64,000 nt of DNA from Auanema rhodensis (taxonomy: Eukaryota; Animalia; Nematoda), in assembly GCA_964057225.1 (NCBI GenBank), contig OZ059894.1, forward strand, positions 18,228,001 through 18,292,000, written 5' to 3'. Below are positions 54,962 to 64,000 of this stretch, piece by piece. Made by a program: the position numbers and the translations under genes. A model generated the notes under the pieces. It was not told the DNA's origin and made no database searches. It saw only the letters and a program-made list of their open reading frames with translations. How positions within the stretch are numbered: the stretch's first letter is position 1; each line of letters begins with the position of its first letter.

Positions 54962-56721
54962 CACGTAAATTTCAAAGTCATGGTTACCATGCACCAATAT
55001 CAATTAAAATTTGTTTTTAGTCTAATATGGCCATGCGGAATGTAATTATAAAAACCGCATCTCTTTATCTTTCACGGAGAGCGAGTTACATACCATGTGC
55101 ACATCACGTGTACATTTAATTAGCATAAATTAAAGTTCACGTAAATTTCAAAGTCATGGTTACCATGCACCAGTATCAATGAAAATTAGTTTTTGGACTA
55201 ATATGGCCATAGGGAATCTAATTTTCAAAACCCCATCTTTTTATCTATTACGGAAAGCGAGTTACATACCATGTGCCCATCACGTGTACATTTAATTAGC
55301 ATAAATTAAAGTTCACTTAAATTTCAAAGTCATGGTTACCATGCGCCTATATCAATAAAAATTTGTTTTTAGTCTAATATGGCCATGGGGAATCTAATTA
55401 TGAAAACCGCATCTCTTTATCTTTTACGGGAAGCGAGTTACATACCATGTGTAAATCACGTGTACATTTAATAAGCATAAATTAAAGTTCACGTAAATTT
55501 CAAAGTCATGGTTACCATGCACCAATATCGATAAAAATTTGTTTTTAGACTAATATGGACATGGGGAATCTAATTTTGAAAACCGCATCTCTTTATCTTT
55601 CACGGGAAGCGAGTTACATATCATGTGCACATCACGTGTACATTTAATTAGCATAAATTAAAGTTCACGTAAATTTCAAAGTCATGGTTACCATGCGCCT
55701 ATATCAATAAAAATTTGTTTTTAGTCTAATATGGAAATGGGGAATCTAATTTTGAAAACCGCATCTCTTTATCTTTTACGGGAAGCGAGTTACATACCAT
55801 GTGCACATCACGTGTACATTTAATTAGCATAAATTAAAGTTCACGTAAATTTCAAAGTCATGGTTACCATGCACCAATATCAATTAAAATTTGTTTTTAG
55901 TCTAATATGGCCAAGCGGAATGTAATTATAAAAACCGCATCTCTTTATCTTTCACGGAGAGCGAGTTACATACCATGTGCACATCACGTGTACATTTAAT
56001 TAGCATAAATTAAAGTTCACGTAAATTTCAAAGTCATGGTTACCATGCACCAGTATCAATGAAAATTAGTTTTTGGACTAATATGGCCATAAGGAATCTA
56101 ATTTTCAAAACCCCATCATTTTATCTATTACGGAGAGCGAGTTACATACCATGTGCCCATCACGTGTACATTTAATTAGCATAAATTAAAGTTCACTTAA
56201 ATTTCAAAGTCATGGTTACCATGCGCCTATATCAATAAAAATTTGTTTTTAGTCTAATATGGCCATGGGGAATCTAATTATGAAAACCGCATCTCTTTAT
56301 CTTTTACGGGAAGCGAGTTACATACCATTTGTAAATCACGTGTACATTTAATAAGCATAAATTAAAGTTCACGTAAATTTCAAAGTCATGGTTACCATGC
56401 ACCAATATCGATAAAAATTTGTTTTTAGACTAATATGGACATGGGGAATCTAATTTTGAAAACCGCATCTCTTTATCTTTCACGGGAAGCGAGTTATATA
56501 TCATGTGCACATCACGTGTACATTTAATTAGCATAAATTAAAGTTCACGTAAATTTCAAAGTCATGGTAACCATGCGCCTATATCAATAAAAATTTGTTT
56601 TTAGTCTAATATGGAAATGGGGAATCTAATTTTGAAAACCGCATCTCTTTATCTTTTACGGGAAGCGAGTTACATATCATGTGCACATCACGTGTACATT
56701 TAATTAGCATAAATTAAAGTT
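54962..56721 (+). repeat. 5-monomer duplication, period 880 bp, more diverged
   Basis: CAATTAAAA monomers at 54962/55842 and AAATTAG monomers at 55138/56018. The second copy has several private SNPs. Confidence 0.8.
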
Positions 56722-56897
56722 CACGTAATTTTCAAAGTCATGGTTACCATGCACCAATATCGATAAAAATTTGTTTTTAGACTAATATGGACATGGGGAA
56801 TCTAATTTTGAAAACCGCATCTCTTTATCTTTTACGGAAATCGAGTTGCATACCATGTGCACATCACCTGTACATTTGATTAGCATAAATTAAAGTT

Positions 56898-59800
56898 CAC
56901 GTAAATTTCAAAGTCATGGTTACCATGCACCAATATCGATAAAAATTTGTTTTTAGACTAATATGGACATGGGGAATCTAATTTTGAAAACCGCATCTCT
57001 TTATCTTTCACGGGAAGCGAGTTACATATCATGTGCACATCACGTGTACATTTAATTAGCATAAATTAAAGTTCACGTAAATTTCAAAGTCATGGTTACC
57101 ATGCGCCTATATCAATAAAAATTTGTTTTTAGTCTAATATGGAAATGGGGAATCTAATTTTGAAAACCGCATCTCTTTATCTTTTACGGGAAGCGAGTTA
57201 CATACCATGTGCACATCACGTGTACATTTAATTAGCATAAATTAAAGTTCACGTAAATTTCAAAGTCATGGTTACCATGCACCAATATCGATAAAAATTT
57301 GTTTTTAGACTAATATGGACATGGGGAATCTAATTTTGAAAACCGCATCTCTTTATCTTTCACGGGAAGCGAGTTACATATCATGTGCACATCACGTTTA
57401 CATTTAATTAGCATAAATTAAAGTTCACGTAAATTTCAAAGTCATGGTTACCTTGCACCAGTATCAATGAAAATTTGTTTTCGGACTAATATGGCCATGG
57501 GGAAACTAATTTTAAAAACCGCATCTCTTTATCTTTTACGGAAAGCGAGTTACATACCATGTGTAAATCACGTGTACATTTAATTAGCACAAATTAAAGT
57601 TCACGTAAATTTCAAAGTCATGGTTACCATGCACCAGTATAAATGAAAATTTGTTTTTGGACTAATATGGCCATAGGAAATCTAATTATGAAAACCGCAT
57701 CTCTTTATCTTTCACGGAAAGAGAGTTACATATCATGTGCACATCACGTGTACATTTAATTAGCATAAATTAAAGTTCACGTAAATTTCAAAGTCATGGT
57801 TACCATGCACCAGAATCAATAAAAATTTGTTTTTGGACTAATATGGCCATGGGGAATCTAATTTTGAAAACCGCATCTCTTTATCTTTTACGGAGAGCAA
57901 GTTGCATACCATGTGCACATCACGTGTACATTCAATTAGCATAAATTAAAGTTCACGTAAATTTCAAAGTCATGGTTACCATGCACCAATATCAATAAAA
58001 ATTTGTTTTTGGACTAATATGGCCATGGGGAATCTAATTTTGAAAACCGCATCTCTTTATCTTTTACGGAAAGCGAGTTGCATACCATGTGCACATCACG
58101 TGTACATTTGATTAGCATAAATTAAAGTTCACATAAATTTCAAAGTCATGGTTACCATGCACCAATATCAATAAAAATTTGTTTTAAGACTAATATGGAC
58201 ATGGGGAATCTAATTTTGAAAACCGCATCTCTTTATCTTTCACGGAAAGCGAGTTGCATACCATGTGCACATCACCTGTACATTTGATTAGCATAAATTA
58301 AAATTCACGTAAATTTCAAAGTCATGGTTATCATGCACCAATATCAATAAAAATTTGTTTTAAGACTAATATGGACATGGGGAATCTAATTTTGAAAACC
58401 GCATCTTTTTATCTTTCACGTGAAGCGAGTTACATACCATGTGCACATCACGTGTACATTTAATTAGCATAAATTAAAGTTCACGTAAATTTCAAAGTCA
58501 TGGTTACCATGCACCAATATCAATAAAAATTTGTTTTTAGTCTAATATGGCCATGCGGAATGTAATTATAAAAACCGCATCTCTTTATCTTTCACGGAGA
58601 GCGAGTTACATACCATGTGCACATCACGTGTACATTTAATTAGCATAAATTAAAGTTCACGTAAATTTCAAAGTCATGGTTACCATGCACCAGTATCAAT
58701 GAAAATTTGTTTTTGGACTAATATGGCCATAGGGAATCTAATTTTCAAAACCCCATCTTTTTATCTATTACGGAAAGCGAGTTACATACCATGTGCCCAT
58801 CACGTGTACATTTAATTAGCATAAATTAAAGTTCACGTAAATTTCAAAGTCATGGTTACCATGCACCAGTATCAATGAAAATTTGTTTTTGGACTAATAT
58901 GGCCATAGGGAATCTAATTTTGAAAACGGCATCTCTTCATCTTTGAGTTACATACCATGTGTACATCACCTGTACATTTGATTAGCATAAATTAAAGTTC
59001 ACGTAAATTTCAAAGTCATGGTTACCATGCACCAATATCGATAAAAATTTGTTTTTAGACTAATATGGACATGGGGAATCTAATTTTGAAAACCGCATCT
59101 CTTCATCTTTCACGGGAAGCGAGTTACATATCATGTGCACATCACGTGTACATTTAATTAGCATAAATTAAAGTTCACGTAAATTTCAAAGTCATGGTTA
59201 CCATGCGCCTATATCAATAAAAATTTGTTTTTAGTCTAATATGGAAATGGGGAATCTAATTTTGAAAACCGCATCTCTTTATCTTTTACGGGAAGCGAGT
59301 TACATACCATGTGCACATCACGTGTACATTTAATTAGCATAAATTAAAGTTCACGTAAATTTCAAAGTCATGGTTACCATGCACCAATATCGATAAAAAT
59401 TTGTTTTTAGACTAATATGGACATGGGGAATCTAATTTTGAAAACCGCATCTCTTTATCTTTCACGGTAAGCGAGTTACATATCATGTGCACATCACGTG
59501 TACATTTAATTAGCATAAATTAAAGTTCACGTAAATTTCAAAGTCATGGTTACCTTGCACCAGTATCAATGAAAATTTGTTTTCGGACTAATATGGCCAT
59601 GGGGAAACTAATTTTAAAAACCGCATCTCTTTATCTTTTACGGAAAGCGAGTTACATACCATGTGTAAATCACGTGTACATTTAATTAGCACAAATTAAA
59701 GTTCACGTAAATTTCAAAGTCATGGTTACCATGCACCAGTATAAATGAAAATTTGTTTTTGGACTAATATGGCCATAGGGAATCTAATTATGAAAACCGC

Positions 59801-62800
59801 ATCTCTTTATCTTTCACGGAAAGAGAGTTACATATCATGTGCACATCACGTGTACATTTAATTAGCATAAATTAAAGTTCACGTAAATTTCAAAGTCATG
59901 GTTACCATGCACCAGTATCAATAAAAATTTGTTTTTGGACTAATATGGCCATGGGGAATCTAATTTTGAAAACCGCATCTCTTTATCTTTTACGGAGAGC
60001 GAGTTGCATACCATGTGCACATCACGTGTACATTTAATTAGCATAAATTAAAGTTCACGTAAATTTCAAAGTCATGGTTACCATGCACCAATATCAATAA
60101 AAATTTGTTTTTGGACTAATATGGCCATGGGGAATCTAATTTTGAAAACCGCATCTCTTTATCTTTTACGGAAAGCGAGTTGCATACCATGTGCACATCA
60201 CGTGTACATTTGATTAGCATAAATTAAAGTTCACATAAATTTCAAAGTGATGGTTACCATGCACCAATATCAATAAAAATTTGTTTTAAGACTAATATGG
60301 ACATGGGGAATCTAATTTTGAAAACCGCATCTCTTTATCTTTCACGGAAAGCGAGTTGCATACCATGTGCACATCACCTGTACATTTGATTAGCATAAAT
60401 TAAAATTCACGTAAATTTCAAAGTCATGGTTATCATGCACCAATATCAATAAAAATTTGTTTTTAGTCTAATATGGAAATGGGGAATCTAATTTTGAAAA
60501 CCGCATCTCTTTATCTTTTACGGGAAGCGAGTTACATACCATGTGCACATCACGTGTACATTTAATTAGCATAAATTAAAGTTCACGTAAATTTCAAAGT
60601 CATGGTTACCATGCACCAATATCGATAAAAATTTGTTTTTAGACTAATATGGACATGGGGAATCTAATTTTAAAAACCGCATCTCTTTATCTTTCACGGG
60701 AAGCGAGTTACATATCATGTGCACATCACGTGTACATTTAATTAGCATAAATTAAAGTTCACGTAAATTTCAAAGTCATGGTTACCTTGCACCAGTATCA
60801 ATGAAAATTTGTTTTCGGACTAATATGGCCATGGGGAAACTAATTTTAAAAACCGCATCTCTTTATCTTTTACGGAAAGCGAGTTACATACCATGTGTAA
60901 ATCACGTGTACATTTAATTAGCACAAATTAAAGTTCACGTAAATTTCAAAGTCATGGTTACCATGCACCAGTATAAATGAAAATTTGTTTTTGGACTAAT
61001 ATGGCCATAGGGAATCTAATTATGAAAACCGCATCTCTTTATCTTTCACGGAAAGAGAGTTACATATCATGTGCACATCACGTGTACATTTAATTAGCAT
61101 AAATTAAAGTTCACGTAAATTTCAAAGTCATGGTTACCATGCACCAGTATCAATAAAAATTTGTTTTTGGACTAATATGGCCATGGGGAATCTAATTTTG
61201 AAAACCGCATCTCTTTATCTTTTACGGAAAGCGAGTTGCATACCATGTGCACATCACCTGTACATTTGATTAGCATAAATTAAAATTCACGTAAATTTCA
61301 AAGTCATGGTTATCATGCACCAATATCAATAAAAATTTGTTTTAAGACTAATATGGACATGGGGAATCTAATTTTGAAAACTGCATCTTTTTATCTTTGA
61401 CGTGAAGCGAGTTACATACCATGTGCACATCACGTGTACATTTAATTAGCATAAATTAAAGTTCACGTAAATTTCAAAGTCATGGTTACCATGCACCAAT
61501 ATCAATAAAAATTTGTTTTTAGTCTAATATGGCCATGCGGAATGTAATTATAAAAACCGCATCTCTTTATCTTTCACGGAGAGCGAGTTACATACCATGT
61601 GCACATCACGTGTACATTTAATTAGCATAAATTAAAGTTCACGTAAATTTCAAAGTCATGGTTACCATGCACCAGTATCAATGAAAATTTGTTTTTGGAC
61701 TAATATGGCCATAGGGAATCTAATTTTCAAAACCCCATCTTTTTATCTATTACGGAAAGCGAGTTACATACCATGTGCCCATCACGTGCACATTTAATTA
61801 GCATAAATTAAAGTTCACGTAAATTTCAAAGTCATGGTTACCATGCACCAGTATCAATGAAAATTTGTTTTTGGACTAATATGGCCATAGGGAATCTAAT
61901 TTTGAAAACGGCATCTCTTCATCTTTGAGTTACATACCATGTGTACATCACGTGTACATTTAATTAGCATAAATTAAAGTTCACGTAATTTTCAAAGTCA
62001 TGGTTACCATGCACCAATATCGATAAAAATTTGTTTTTAGACTAATATGGACATGGGGAATCTAATTTTGAAAACCGCATCTCTTTATCTTTTACGGAAA
62101 TCGAGTTGCATACCATGTGCACATCACCTGTACATTTGATTAGCATAAATTAAAGTTCACGTAAATTTCAAAGTCATGGTTACCATGCACCAATATCAAT
62201 TAAAATTTGTTTTTAGTCTAATATGGCCATGCGGAATGTAATTATAAAAACCGCATCTCTTTATCTTTCACGGAGAGCGAGTTACATACCATGTGCACAT
62301 CACTTGTACATTTAATTAGCATAAATTAAAGTTCACGTAAATTTCAAAGTCATGGTTACCATGCACCAGTATCAATGAAAATTTGTTTTTGGACTAATAT
62401 GGCCATAGGGAATCTAATTTTCAAAACCCCATCTTTTTATCTATTACGGAAAGCGAGTTACATACCATGTGCCCATCACGTGTACATTTAATTAGCATAA
62501 ATTAAAGTTCACTTAAATTTCAAAGTCATGGTTACCATGCGCCTATATCAATAAAAATTTGTTTTTGGACTAATATGGCCATGGGGAATCTAATTTTGAA
62601 AACCGCATCTCTTTATCTTTTACGGAAAGCGAGTTGCATACCATGTGCACATCACGTGTACATTTAATTAGCATAAATTAAAGTTCACGTAAATTTCAAA
62701 GTCATGGTTACCTTGCACCAGTATCAATGAAAATTTGTTTTCGGACTAATATGGCCATGGGGAAACTAATTTTAAAAACCGCATCTCTTTATCTTTTACG

Positions 62801-64000
62801 GAAAGCGAGTTACATACCATGTGTAAATCACGTGTACATTTAATTAGCACAAATTAAAGTTCACGTAAATTTCAAAGTCATGGTTACCATGCACCAGTAT
62901 AAATGAAAATTTGTTTTTGGACTAATATGGCCATAGGGAATCTAATTATGAAAACCGCATCTCTTTATCTTTCACGGAAAGAGAGTTACATATCATGTGC
63001 ACATCACGTGTACATTTAATTAGCATAAATTAAAGTTCACGTAAATTTCAAAGTCATGGTTACCATGCACCAGTATCAATAAAAATTTGTTTTTGGACTA
63101 ATATGGCCATGGGGAATCTAATTTTGAAAACCGCATCTCTTTATCTTTTACGGAGAGCGAGTTGCATACCATGTGCACATCACGTGTACATTTAATTAGC
63201 ATAAATTAAAGTTCACGTAAATTTCAAAGTCATGGTTACCATGCACCAATATCAATAAAAATTTGTTTTTGGACTAATATGGCCATGGGGAATCTAATTT
63301 TGAAAACCGCATCTCTTTATCTTTTACGGAAAGCGAGTTGCATACCATGTGCACATCACGTGTACATTTGATTAGCATAAATTAAAGTTCACATAAATTT
63401 CAAAGTCATGGTTACCATGCACCAATATCAATAAAAATTTGTTTTAAGACTAATATGGACATGGGGAATCTAATTTTGAAAACCGCATCTCTTTATCTTT
63501 TACGGAAAGCGAGTTGCATACCATGTGCACATCACCTGTACATTTGATTAGCATAAATTAAAATTCACGTAAATTTCAAAGTCATGGTTATCATGCACCA
63601 ATATCAATAAAAATTTGTTTTAAGACTAATATGGACATGGGGAATCTAATTTCGAAAACCGCATCTTTTTATCTTTCACGTGAAGCGAGTTACATACCAT
63701 GTGCACATCACGTGTACATTTAATTAGCATAAATTAAAGTTCACGTAAATTTCAAAGTCATGGTTACCATGCACCAATATCAATAAAAATTTGTTTTTAG
63801 TCTAATATGGAAATGGGGAATCTAATTTTGAAAACCGCATCTCTTTATCTTTTACGGGAAGCGAGTTACATACCATGTGCACATCACGTGTACATTTAAT
63901 TAGCATAAATTAAAGTTCACGTAAATTTCAAAGTCATGGTTACCATGCACCAATATCGATAAAAATTTGTTTTTAGTCTAATATGGAAATGGGGAATCTA
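56898..64000 (+). repeat. Variable-length higher-order repeat (12-, 7-, 11-monomer steps)
   Basis: The ACCTTG/GGAAACT/GCACAA monomer recurs at 57426, 59528 (+2102), 60760 (+1232) and 62686 (+1926). Confidence 0.85.

Larger units (their letters stand above)
1..64000. repeat. 176-bp tandem satellite DNA array (365 full monomers + 83-bp partial), candidate centromeric/pericentromeric satellite
   Basis: CACGTAAATTTCAAAGTCATGGTTACCATG recurs at 1, 177, 343, 519, 685, 851 ... 63742, 63918. Bookkeeping: 365x176 - 32x10 - 3x1 = 63917, which matches the last monomer start. I saw no inversion or foreign insert. The satellite call is direct; centromeric function is inferred only from nucleosome-scale length and HOR organisation. 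Confidence 0.98.

Noticed and set aside
1-64000. Tandem RNA gene array (5S, tRNA, SL RNA, snRNA) or embedded transposon
   Set aside because: I found no recognisable 5S or tRNA sequence, Pol III boxes, LTRs/TIRs or transposase. Monomer length bookkeeping leaves no room for an insertion.

Overview
The whole 64 kb window is one uninterrupted, single-orientation, head-to-tail array of an AT-rich satellite. The monomer is 176 bp (33.5% GC in monomer 1). I see no genes, RNA genes, transposons or CRISPR. Phased on CACGTAAATT, I count 365 complete monomers plus an 83-bp partial: 330 x 176 bp, 32 x 166 bp (all with the same 10-bp deletion) and 3 x 175 bp. These lengths sum exactly to the start of the last partial monomer at 63918. 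Diagnostic SNPs reveal nested, locally changing higher-order repeats (2- to 43-mers) and a probable ancestral ~28-mer in the left part. They also show a sharp in-register subfamily switch at ~37810 and short gene-conversion-like patches. Each monomer has a ~65-bp highly conserved core rich in dyads and E-boxes, built partly on an 11-bp subrepeat. Monomer size and organisation suggest eukaryotic centromeric or pericentromeric satellite DNA, but that is inference, and I cannot name the organism or family. All five supplied ORFs are chance stop-codon losses within the repeat. I found no novel gene system; the interest lies in array architecture and monomer design.
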